Made by a program: the position numbers and the translations under genes
Notes under the pieces: model-generated
Databases searched by the model: none
What the model saw: the letters and a program-made list of their open reading frames with translations, nothing else
Told to the model about the DNA's origin: nothing
Shown here: one piece after another, positions 32,701-45,390 of the stretch
Position numbering within the stretch: position 1 is the first letter of the stretch
Layout of the letters: every line of letters begins with the position of its first letter
Source: Styela clava
Taxonomy: Eukaryota
Length of the DNA: 64,000 bases
Direction of reading: 5' to 3'
Assembly (NCBI RefSeq): GCF_964204865.1
Contig: NC_135259.1
Span: 8,060,001-8,124,000, forward strand

Positions 32701-35253
32701 CTTAATTTCCTTTGGTGTTAAAATGAATAAATATATATATGTATTTATCAAAATGACGTTGCAATGATTTTGAAGTCGTTTCGATTGGTGCTAAAAATCT
32801 CAATTATTCGATAATTCAGTTTGCGAAATTCGACTTGAATTCTAACAATTACGTTGCATAGAGGGTTATAGCCAAACGAAACTGTTCACGTTATTTTAAA
32901 AAAAAAACGAAAGCATTTTCAACAAAAACTATTTTTTCATTTATTCCATTTAGATATAATTTACAACAGATAAAGTACTTTCATCAATTATTTCTAGACA
33001 AATAGGGAGAAAGTAACGAAATTTTAAATATTGTTTCTCACGTTGTTAAAATTTCCTGTCGAAACCAGGATATTTTATTTCTACAGTCAAAGAAGCGATT
33101 AATACCCGTAATTTATCATCGTTTTTAATGGGATAATTATTGTCGAAGGGGATATCACACACGATTGAAGTTTAAGCTAGGAGTACGATTCTCGCTAATA
33201 AAGAATAGCAATATAAGTTGTTCTTTACTTTAAAAATTTCGAATTTTTGTCCCAATTTTGAGTTTAAATTTTTTTATAGCATATTAATTATCAACTATTC
33301 GTATTTTCTTTTTACGAACAAATTGATTCACCTGTTGTGAACAAACTTTATCTAACAAGATACAGAGACATATCTCACTCAAAACTCATCTCAAATTTTA
33401 ATATGAGAACCTGTTTTATGTATGCGTATTCTCTGATTTGGTATGTATGCGCATTTGTATTCATATGTTGCAATTTTAGGATTGAAAGGAAGGAAATATG
33501 TAAATGAATGGAAGAAATCGAGGAAGAAATGACCGAAGCAAGTTGACAATAATATAAATGAACTCAAAGTTTTCTCCAAATGAAGTTGGTTGAATAAATG
33601 ATGTTTATGTTGATATTGAAATAAAGTGATAAATTTGCGTTGTAAAATGGAACAATGACAACATTTTTTGGTCATTTTATTCATTTGATTCACCTCCATT
33701 GATCGAATAGCCTACATGTCGAATCTTTCATCTAAACTAGCATTTTCATTCTAGTGACTTATTGTTGCTAGTACAAGACAATTTGTTGAATTGTAAGCAA
33801 CGTTGTTTGAAATTATATTTTAAAAAAGAACTACAATTACTAATTTAAAACCAACAGCTATTCTCCCTAGTTTCAGTTATGGATATCATTTAGTAAACTA
33901 TGACAAAAATTTGAAATATGAACATTTCATTTTATCAAAATATTTCCTAAAATATGTTTTTACTAGATGTAGAATTAATAGGTTATCAGATACAAAATAA
34001 AGTAGTTTTTAATTTTATTTCGCCGTACTGTTCCGCCTTGTGGGTGATTTAAATCAATCAATTTTTACGTTTGGAGTTGTTCTTTATTGTTAATGTGCCA
34101 TCAACATTTAGCTAGTATACGCCTATACGGCATCAATCATTGTAGGTAATATATTATAAATAACTGATTTGTTAGAAAACTTCCGGGAAAAATACCCAAT
34201 AATTATAATTTTGCCGTGCAATTTTTGTTTTATATTAACTTGAAAGCAATGCTCAATTCATAGGCACAAATGTTCAATGACTAAACGCAACACTGTGGCC
34301 CGTGCGACAATGAAGTCTGTTATCTGATCATTTAAAAGATTCTAATCCGAATTGCATCCCCACCGCCGCAGGTATGAAGTAACAATGGTATTGTAAGGGT
34401 CGCGCATCGGTACCGGTACGGCTACGCGCTAGAGTATCGCGTGTGCTTTACTAGAAAGGTCCGGCGGGTAATCGTGACGTACGCGGTTGAGCGCGGCAAA
34501 ATAAAAAGTGCTTCCGGATACTCAAAATAAAATAGCAGATAAAATCAATAGATATATGTTTAAGTGTTGAAAATTTGAAATCGCTTGGTACATTAGGTAA
34601 AACGAATGGGATTTTTTTCTGAACAAAAGCAACAAGAATTTAGCAGAACGATCTATAATCGGTTCAACTCATGTCCAATAAAGCCAAGTCATTCTTAGCC
34701 CTGTTATATAGTGAGAGTGATCATGAGTAAATTTGCCATATTTGTGTAAGTGTTTTAAGTAACTGTTGTGCCTGTAACTTGACTCCTGGTGAAACAATAC
34801 TACATACAATACACAATGCTACTTTCTATGAAATGCGAACCGGAACGTCGAGACATATTATATCTTGATGACTGGAATTTGATTTGATTATTTTATCTAC
34901 AAAGAAGTAGTGTTCAAATCAGAATGAGAAATTACTATACATATTGTCAAGGTTTGCACTTGACATTGCATGACGTGTGATTATAATGGAATGTGGCAGT
35001 CTTTAGTGTATTAGAGATAGCTATTAGTAAACAGCATATCTACCGCCATATACGAATTTGATTTATGTTATAGATTACGAAAAAACATTGGGTTAGTTAT
35101 TTTAGATGCAACGTAGTTTTGCTATTTTCAACAACAACGAAATGTGGATGTTTTATATTGCAGGTATTAATAGAATGTATCTCTTCCCCTAAACAACATG
35201 ATGTCATCTTCTTACATGAGGCTCACATTGTCGTATTATATACTTTAATTGAT

Positions 35254-37407
35254 ATGGATGATAATAGCACATTCAGGATTTCAATCTCTGATTTTCTCGA
35301 GACCGGGATAATTAGCAACAGAGAACTCACTATTAATTATATCGAAAATCTACAGGTGGGCTCTTTAATAATTCGATAATACTTTGATGAAACACATTTT
35401 TAACTTGAAATTTTACTTGATTTTAATTTCATTACATACTTCTAGAACAAGTTACGTGACGTCACTGACCTTGCAAATAAAAGAAAAGCCAAAATTTTAC
35501 GGCTAAGAGAAAGATACAGTCTTCTCAAAAATGACAATAAAGAAAAGTCAGATGAACTCAGAAGAATGTCAGATGAACTCATGAAATCCATTGGGAAAAT
35601 AGAAGAGCTTAGGGTATACTTTGCTATTTATTATTGGAGTGTTTTGGAACCTTGTGGCTCGTATCTAAATGTGCTTTATATAGAATTTTTTATCGATGCA
35701 CTATATCATTGGTCTGTGATGTATATATATGCTTTGCTCTGTGATCACACGAAGTATTTAATATATTTCTTAAAAATCCTATCATTCTCCTTATTCTTCA
35801 AGTACTTTGCATTTGATATACCATCAAGTATCGTCAAAATCCACAAATGTCAGATTTTAGCTTTATGTCTTCATTTACTACTGAAAACACAATTGAGATA
35901 GGATACACCATGTTGCAATTTAATTATATTTATACTTTTTCGTTATATTATTTTTAGATGTTTCAAAAGAGACTTGTTGATTTGTTAAGTTCGCCCGTGA
36001 CGGGTAAGATGAATTTTCACTAATTGTGTTTAAAATTTATAATATTATCTGAAATAAAAATCATGTGTTTTTGTGCAGATAACTCCGCGTATCGCCGAAA
36101 TGAAATGATTCGCAGGTAAGGTCTTAATAGAAAATCAGAGTGATTCTCCATTCGAAAAGTTTTGTCGTATTGAATATAATTGTTTTATTCCAGTGGTTCC
36201 CAACCTGGGGGCTCCCTTGAGGGGATCGCGAATCACAATAATTTCACGTAGAACTTTTTTCTATCAGCAATTTTTTTTAAATCCCAATTGAATCACCCTC
36301 CCTCTGAGACTCTTGTTTATCGCTTCTAAAAAATGTCATAACTTTTTGTTCAAACGTGCGAGAAACTTCACTGATATCTTGTTGAAAATCTTATTTTAGC
36401 CGCTTTATGCCAGCAGTTTCTCGAGACGCATGCGCGCTGTTGCGAGCGAGCGGAATTAGAATTGAAAATATGCGAAAAGAAATTACGCGCGACCGTGATT
36501 ACGAACACATTTACAGGCAAGGATCATGCTTGAGTACGACGCAAAAGTGTCTTGAATTGCTTTTGTTTTCAGCATACGTCCACGATAAGACGTATACGTA
36601 ACGGATGTTAACTCTTACTAACCAATCATATTAGAACCATATTATAGCACATAAGTAGCATCCCGATTATATCGCGTTCGGCAATATAAAATGAATGCAT
36701 ATAAAAGCGGAAAAATTAAAAACGGATACCAATCTTTAAGACTTAAACTTGGCTGATATTGGGATCGAGTTGTGAGCGCTCTCACCAACATGACTTCCCG
36801 CGTGTTAAATGCGCTCTATTTTTGAGTAATTTCAATTCTATTTTTCTCATTTCTTTTTCAGCTGGCGGACCCAGCATTTTTATTATTATTGTGTAGCGAA
36901 TCAAAAATGGTTGAGAACCACTGTAATTTATTCATTTACTAATGTAAGCTGCTCACCATATAAACTTATAATTGTTCAATAGTTCAATCTATTTTGCTCT
37001 GTCAAATACTTGATAACGTGGAGAACAAGAATGTGCAACATAAAAATATATAACTATTACAGATCTGCGAGTTTTTGCTCTCCGACATCGGATAGATCAG
37101 CTTCTGTTAGAAGATCATTATCTCTTGGTAAGGTATATATAGGATCATATATGAGTCCCAATAGTTCTGGTTGAAAACATAGATAACACGCATTATCGGA
37201 TTAATTACATAGGTATTTTGGTTTCAAAATAAAACGCTAATATTTGTTTTTATAGCTTTAAGACTATTAAGCAATTTGAAAAAAAGAGGACGACAACCAA
37301 TTGTGAACAGGCTGAGTTCTCGAATTAATTGGAAATCGGACACTCACTTTTGGTTGCGACATGTTTTCACTCCACAGCAAAGCTATCCCAAAGCCCAAAG
37401 GGTATAG
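35254..37407 (+). CDS. Uncharacterised coiled-coil protein, about 189 aa; exons 35254-35355, 35446-35613, 35958-36003, 36079-36115, 37063-37127, 37256-37407
   Basis: Six GT-AG exons join with consistent phases 0,0,1,2,1 and no stops. Exon 2 is coiled-coil-like (NKLRDVTDLANKRKAKILRLRERYSLLKNDNKEKSDELRRMSDELMKSIGKIEELR). The true start may lie further upstream. Confidence 0.7.
36191..36923. mobile_element. hAT-type MITE in an intron
   Basis: Ends CAGTGGTTCCCAACC / GGTTGAGAACCACTG; TSD not preserved. Confidence 0.65.
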
Positions 37408-38599
37408 GGATTTAATTCAATATTTTTAAATTCAAGAGAATAACATTCTGTGTTAACATCATCATCAGCTCTGGCATAAGCGATATAAAGCGTGGGCTGT
37501 TTTTTTAAGGTCGAGAACAAGACCGGAACGATTATTCCCGAAGAATATTGGAAGACGTGAGAAACGATATCCGCCCAGAAAGCGATCGCAGTTGTCATTT
37601 ATGTTCCGCAGAACATAGTAGATCACCGTCTATGGTGCCGCAAAACAGCGTGAATAAATACCGCAGTAGGTCTACACGTCCCAAGACTATTCAGTGATCG
37701 ATCTGGTTTCAAATTTTACGATTGAAATGTGTGATTTCGTTATCTTACAAATATAATACAGTACATGTATTACTTATTAATATCTCAAACATCAAATGTA
37801 TATGTGCGATTTTTATTGGTAATATATTGCAAATTATCTCGATAATTGATGAAGTAATGTCACATTACAAATAGCACGACAAAGAGCTGATATACAAAAA
37901 TATTTTTCTGTAATGTAAGATCGTATTTTATTATTGAATTCTTTTTATATTCGTATCTATTTTCAATTTTTATATGACTAATTCAAGTAAGTATATATAT
38001 ATATATCTATGTAAAATCTGGAACATATTATATAATAACATATATTCAAACCGACTACCCTGTTTCGAATTGGTTTTTAAGCCAAAAACGTTAATTTTCT
38101 TAAAGGATGTTTCCCCTTGTTAACGTTGTCGACGGAAGTTCTATTATTTCGTTAATATCATTTTGTGCATTGATATAGCACGACTTCAAATATTTCTATT
38201 ATAATATTTCATCCATTTCTAAAAGTGAGAAGTTTTCGACTACCAGCTTCTTTTAAAATTCGAATTTCCCATACGACCCACTTTTATAATATTCATTCAA
38301 TGAGTGTTATTTTACTTGGAAAAAGAAAATGCAGAATTTTGCTTTTTTGTGATAGCACTCCAAAGCTTGGCCTATTTTCCTTATTTTCATACAATAATTT
38401 TAATCATAAAATTGAAAAAGTAAAGCATATTTTTTTTCAACGAATCAGCGAGACTATTCGTAAACTTTCGTTTGATCAAAGTCATAACTTCCTGAGACAA
38501 AACAAGATATAACTGTAAAAATAAAGATCACATTAATTCTAAGAATCAAGTTTTATGCCGAAATTAGAGAACATTTTAGGATAATGCTCTTGTTTATTG

Positions 38600-41500
38600 T
38601 TATCTGGCATTTTCAAGCTGATTTATTGTCTTATGAAGCCCATTTGTATAGTTATTTACTTCATATAATTGGGAAGATCCGTATTTTAAAGGTTTGTACT
38701 TCTCGTTTTTAAAAACATCAGGATCGCTCTCCAAGCATTCAATATCTTCTCTTCCATAAATCACATTTTCCATATGTTCTGTAATTGTCCGTCTTGCCGT
38801 TCCATTTGTAAAAAGAGGTATCTTTGGGTTCATCGAATTGAAATCTGGCTTGAAACGCTCATCTATGTTGATTCCATTCACAATTCGACATATTTGACAG
38901 TATGCCGTTTGTCTTCCATAATTAGGCATATCTTCTCCTGGAAGAAGATACCAACTGTAACAAAATGAAATGAAATATAGAAGCATGTTGATTCAAAGGT
39001 ATTTTTAAAAATTTGCTTATGGTCTGACGTTCTCAAGTCCATCAGGCCAAGGCGATACACTGATATGAATTATGACAGTGTACAGAAGTTATACGTTGAT
39101 AAAAATCAAAATTCATTTTTTCTATTTTAAAAATTGAGTTATTTTAATTCTCTCCTTTAAAGAAAATATGTCTGAACTTCTCTGTAGATCTCATTTGATA
39201 ATGAGTTTCAGTTCAGTAAAAAGATATAATTCCAGAACAAAATTTATTTATTATAACTTGATGCATTTTACCATCAACTTTCAGTCGTTGAACAATGACT
39301 TGGGGTAAATAATATCAGAATATTGTGCGTGCTGAACGGGCTGTGAACTCAATTAACTACTTTTCGAACATCACATTAGATTTAAATATGAAGGATATGG
39401 AAGAAGTTAGAATATATTAATGAAACAGTTGTAACAAAAGATTACAATATTGTCAATTCCCATCACTGCATGTTTTATGGGAGAATTTCTTGTGTCATCG
39501 TCTGACTTTTTTTTAGGTAGAACTAGATTTAAATTACGGTAATTCGACATTTAATTTTTTTTAACAAGAGTCCAAATCTATCACTGTAATGTTTAACATC
39601 TATACAATTTTTAAATTATACGAATCTATCGAAGATTTATTAAATCAAGTATCCCGAAAATATTTTCACTTACATAATGGAATGAATTATCTATTTCGAA
39701 TATATCCCACGAAATTATTCCTGTGGTTGGACTTATTTTATATAAATATTTCTTTTGGAGAAAATTCACAATGTTGTGTTCAGAGCAATAAGCCACCGGG
39801 TGACAAAGGTGTGCAAAAACTTCAATATATATGTATATATAAAACAACGGCGCTCCCGAAGTATATGCACCAAGATGGCGCACACCCTGACCCCTAACCT
39901 GGTACACATACTATGTTAAGGTTGTGCGCCATCTTGGTGCATATACTTCTGGAGGTCCAAAACAACTTACCCAAAATACTTCAGATACTCTTCATCGTTA
40001 TTATCCAAGAAGTCAAGATATGAAACTAGTTCTTGTAGTGAAGAGAAATCGTCAACGTGAATGAAAGAATTCGGTGGTGCAACTCTGTTGTAGTCATCCC
40101 GTTTTGGACCCCACACAACTGGTACGACACCATTTTGCAAACCAATTTTAAAGAATTTTTCAGTGATATAGTCTTTACAGTGGTAAGAATTTTCAAAAGC
40201 GAGATAGAATTTATAGGTTTTTAATATTTCTAAGTGGGATGCTCTTTCTAAAGTGTTGTTGAAGCAAGATCCGAACTTATCTATTCTAAGTCCATATTCT
40301 GACATTTCTGTTATGATTTTTATTCGGATACGTGCAGCAGGCGAAAACATGCAGTTCGAAATAATAGCTATGGTATGATTTGTTTTTACTCTGAGCATAT
40401 TTTCAAATTTTCCATCGTATTCCTTTGCAAATAGTTTGTTTACTGCTTGATGCGAAAAAAAGGCGTTTCCGTAGGTATAAAAAATGTCGGAATCCCTTCT
40501 TAAAGTCATTGTGGCATTGAATTGTCGATCAGTTTCAAAAGTGAAGTTCATCGATCTTTGTTGTAGAGAAGATGGAGATTCACCACTTAGCCAAATGTAC
40601 AACTGGTCAGGACGTCTGAAGTCGAATATAAACAAATCAAACTTTAGTAAAAAAAAAACAATCGTTATTATTTCTATAGTATATGGTACTTGAATATAGC
40701 TACGCATATTCATGAGTATATATGTGCCATTCTTTCTATATATATACCTTTAGAATGATGCACATAGTTTTTGGATTACAGAAAATTCAATGCCAGAATA
40801 TGAAATATACATCTACCGAAATTTGACAGCAACATGCAAAATTCATGTTGGACCCACATTTAAGATTAATCCCTCAAAACCCCAGTACTGTATTGTACTT
40901 TTACGCTAGTTTGTTCAAAGCCAAGACGAAACGTCAGCAAAAAGTGAAAAGACTACAAAATACTTCAGCTGAAATAAACAACTTAACGTGAAGCGACGTA
41001 CATCAATAATATCTTTGTGGATATAAACGAGAAAGGGGGTGAAACGAGATTTTTCAAACTTTATTCTTATTTAATAGTACAAATTACCTTAATGATTTCG
41101 ATGGCATAGTCGCAAAGTTCACCTTTCTGTAGGTAAACACTACAGCTGCTGTATGACTGTCCACTATCTAGACATAAAAATATACCGCTTTTGGATGTCA
41201 CACTGTATAAATCACCAGTAAGTTACGTTTGAAACAATGTAATAGGCACAAAAGAGTAATACTTCTATTCAAATCCCCTACATTTTTTAATTCACATCAA
41301 CGTTATAACTATTCTCCACGAAAAATTTGACAAATAGCTGAAAGGAATACAAAGATTCAAGTTTTCGATGGAATTTCATTACAAATTTTACCTACTAGTA
41401 TTTTCCTGCCATAAATCTAAATTAAACACTTTGAAAGTAATCACACCCTTGTATTATTCTTTGCGACAAGGCTACAGTATCCACAATTTCTATTCATTTC

Positions 41501-42376
41501 ATTCCCAGTTCTTTCGGGTCTGTTGAATCCGCCCCAGATCACAATCACCTTCAAAATTGAATAAATAACTGTAGTGCAGAAAAATAATGTATGCTGATAA
41601 CTAGACATGAGCTGAACGTGATAGCTTATAAAAAATAATATATTCTTGATCAGATTTCTGCCAGTCCATAACCTCCGAAAATAGACAAAAGAAAAGAGAT
41701 ATAGATTTCATTGCCGTTATACCGTTTTCAAGTTCTTTTTCGGCGCTCTATAAGTATGTGTACCCATATGGAGTTAACTAATTTTGTTCGCCTACTTTAC
41801 ATCAAGTTGTGTAAAGGGACGGAAGCCTATGGGTAGGGGTATATTCACTTGGCTAACTCAAACAGTCCCCCGAACTCGTAATATAACTAAAATAAGAAAA
41901 ATCAGAATAAAATTATGTCCTAACCCTAACCTGGTACATTATACGGGAGTACCCATTTTTCTTCGGATCTTCAAAATATTTGCTTGGAAACACATTGCAC
42001 AATATCGTAAAACAAATGGGGAGAATTCTATTTAAGGGAATTTTATCTCTATTGATTATTTACGACTAAGTTATATTTAAACATACTTGCCTTTAATTAT
42101 CAATCAACATACCTTTCTATTTTTCGATGCTTGGTTTAATTTCTCAGTAAGCTGCTTTTCTTCTTCCTCCGTTAATTGATATATGGTAGGAGTGAATGAT
42201 GCTTGCTTACTGGAAAAATCTTCAAAGTTGTCTCTTCCCTCATATTCAGTTTTAGAAAACGACATTTGCTGGTAGGTTGTCGCCATATATCCGTTATATA
42301 TGTGAGTTGAGATATAAACACAGTACACAATTGTCAGTATACACGTCGTTATGAAGCACATGTTGCGTTTGAACAT
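38600..42376 (-). CDS. Alpha-1,3-fucosyltransferase (GT10 family), about 481 aa; exons 42376-42113, 41548-41447, 41167-41088, 40615-39971, 38954-38600
   Basis: N-terminal type II membrane anchor. Motifs RRPDQLYIWLSGESP, FNATMTLRRDSDIFYTYG, YKFYLAFENSYHCKDYITEK (alpha-1,3 FucT motif), VPVVWG, PPNSFIHVDDF and YFGW. Exon phases consistent. Confidence 0.93.
39849..39958. mobile_element. Short MITE of the GGCGCTCCCG family, about 12 nt from the fucosyltransferase exon 4 donor
   Basis: GGCGCTCCCGAAGTATATGCACCAAGATGGCGCAC ... GTGCGCCATCTTGGTGCATATACTTC; internal CCTAACC. Confidence 0.75.
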
Positions 42377-45145
42377 TGTTACCTTTCTATATTTTCATTG
42401 TATACACTTAACGAATATCATACATTATTATAGTATTTGTAGTAAGTTGAAAGTCACTTTAACAAGACTGATCTAGTCATTAGTCAGAAGAGTGATTTAG
42501 TCAGATAAGACCCCGAATCAACCTTCGCTACGCTGTAACATTAATTCTGTTTTACAATTCAGAAGCGCAGGTAACCTATAAACGTACTACTGACATAAAA
42601 TTTGCAAGAGCGCGCTACTTGTTTTTGTGCCAAAATATACAAATGTTTGAACAATGCCTGAGGCATTGTGATTTGGCCGTTAATGCTCTAATATCTATAC
42701 GCAATGTATTTTATTCCATTTTAAGATTAGTTAATAATTTCTTAGAAGCATTGCATTTTAATCAATACCGATTCTCGAAATCAAAATAATCCTATGTTAC
42801 GATTCGAAAATTTTTACTTTGCACAATAACTGATAAAATTTTGCACAAAATCACCATGTAGCTGAAAGTGTGATAGCATTTTCTGTGTGTTTTCTTTCCG
42901 CTTGTCTTGTTGCAATCTTGCTCTGGAGAGTCATATTATATCAATCGAAGTCTGACATTGCACAAGTCTGATTTTATGACAGCAGATTACATCAGAGAAA
43001 ATCAGCGACCGAAAAACAAATTGTTTCTGGCTCCCATAATTACATATTTTAATTTAAGTATGATTTATTTTTAATTAAATAATGTTAAAAATAAAGCACA
43101 CCGAAGAGTGAACGCGATTCAGAATCGGGCAATACTATTAACGCAAGTTAAAAGTTAAATTAAACGCAAGCAAAATTTAGGTGGATAATTGAATGTAATA
43201 AACTCTCAACATCTACTTTCGTCTTTGATTGATGAAAATTTATTCTCATGTTCGTATCCAATTATGGTTTATTGAGATGAGAAAATCAGAATTATCCCCC
43301 CAGCTCATATTTTGTACTTGGTAGACTCAGTTAGATTGTTTATAGCTTTTAAGATGAGATAGATATACGAACATACGTTAATTACATATATATATATATA
43401 TATATATTTATAAATTATGGTTCAGTTTTTTTTTTCAGGTATAACGCCAAAAGGAACTAAGAAATAAATTTTATAGCGAAAAGCACCTGATAATAATATT
43501 CCCCAGCTTATCAAGGCCCTTTGTGGTAGTGGCTGTTATAGCTTGATTTGCAAATGACGTATTTGTTTATTCAAATTATACTTATTGACAGAACAAACAG
43601 GAACAAGCCAGGACTTTGGTGGCCAAAAATAAATTCTCTTTATTAGTAGTGCTTTGTTCAGTTCTAGGTATAGTTTAAATAGAACTAGATTTGCGCAGAA
43701 CTTGGAAGATGTGTATACCAAGAGCATTCCTTGTACGCGGATTCTTAAATGGCGTTTATAAAGATACAGTCAACACGGAAGTCATACAAGATAAATCATA
43801 GTTTCACACAATAATGTTTTTTTTATGTAAAATTGAAATGATATTAAGTCGAATTGTATTTTCTAGAACAAAATTTGATGTATCTCACAACCGCATGCCT
43901 CGAGATTTATTATCTAAAATCGAATTCATAATCCAATGTTAACTGTTGAAGTGCTGGGGAAACCTTTTATTTTTATTCGTGTCGTCTGCGATCCCAGAGT
44001 ATACAAAATAGGACTGGATACGATATTATTGACGTTTTTAGTGGCTTCGAATTATTAATTATGAATAAATGACTACGCAAAACTTCAAATCCAATTTAAT
44101 ATCAGCGACAAAAGCTAATTTCATTGAATTAACTGAAGTGTAAGAGCTACAATTTGTAGAGTACGATTGGAAGAAAACTCGCGTAGGTGAAATGAATCCT
44201 GCAAGGACAAAGAAATGTCGATTTTTTTTAAATAAGGTTCATATGTAAAACGTCATGTGGTATAAAACAGTTTTTTTTGCTATGATATATAGATATCCCA
44301 TACTCTCAAATGCTTTTATTCCTATTACAAATAGGGAAGGCTTACGTCATGCTTTGTTGATCCGCAAGTAGTTCCCGATGTAATATTTGAACTATTCCAC
44401 TCCAGTCCGGTTCAAATTTGGTGGTATTTTAAACGTTTTAACTTTCACTTTCTTTCAACGATAGACACTACGATGACAATTGAAATGTGTGAAATCAACA
44501 ATACAACTCATATATAGTAATTCCTGATTACATTTTAAATACTACCATAATTCGACAATTATATTGTAACTCATGTTTTACCATTGCTTGTGAACAACAT
44601 GACATCAAATTTAGTTTCAAGATTCAAACAAGATCTCGAATTCTATCTACTCAACTTTGTCAAATAGGTAGCAAATTTTACATCAATTAATTTGAACATT
44701 TAGAAAGTTTGCAATAACAAAATGTGAATAATATTCAACATATTCATGCTGTTTACCCACCTGCTTCAATGAAGAATCATTTTTAATGACATGAAAATTG
44801 TAATATAATTGCATTCGTAGTATTTAGAAATTGCATGACATCAAAATCAACAACCACTGACATTGCTTAAGTAATTTATAATATGCTAATTATCAATTAG
44901 AGCATTGTATAAATACCATTACCTACAACCTATCCCACGCATCCACCCACGCGTGTATCAAATCCGACTTTTTACTATATCTGGTTAACAAAGAAAGCTT
45001 ATCCTAACAGAGAATTAACTCTTTTATTCTATATACCGAAAAAATTAATTTAAATTTTCAAATATCATCAATAAAACACTTTATTTATATTGCGCAAATA
45101 AATTCTGTATTGCCTGCCCCGTATAATTATTTTGAAAATGCTTCC

Positions 45146-45216
45146 GGTAATTCCCCTGGTGGTGTGAGAAGGATCGTCCACATATATATATAACCGTGAA
45201 CAGCGCTACGGTAAGC
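45146..45216 (+). promoter_or_regulatory. Putative IAP core promoter: kappaB-like site, TATA-like run and a donor for a short non-coding exon
   Basis: GGTAATTCCCC at 45146-45156 (reverse GGGAATTACC, one mismatch to GGGRNWYYCC), ATATATATATAA at about 45182, ACG/GTAAGC at 45211. Confidence 0.4.
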
Positions 45217-45390
45217 ACATACGAGAGACTTCATTTCAGCAAAATTTTACGGTTCAATAAAAAAATGCATTCCTGCATTTCAAGTATTCAATAGTCTAGT
45301 ATTTCTGCAACCTGGATTTTCTTCTACACCTAAAAATTCCAAAATTAACAACGTTTCTTGGCAAGAAGCAACATCTGAGCAAAAATCATC

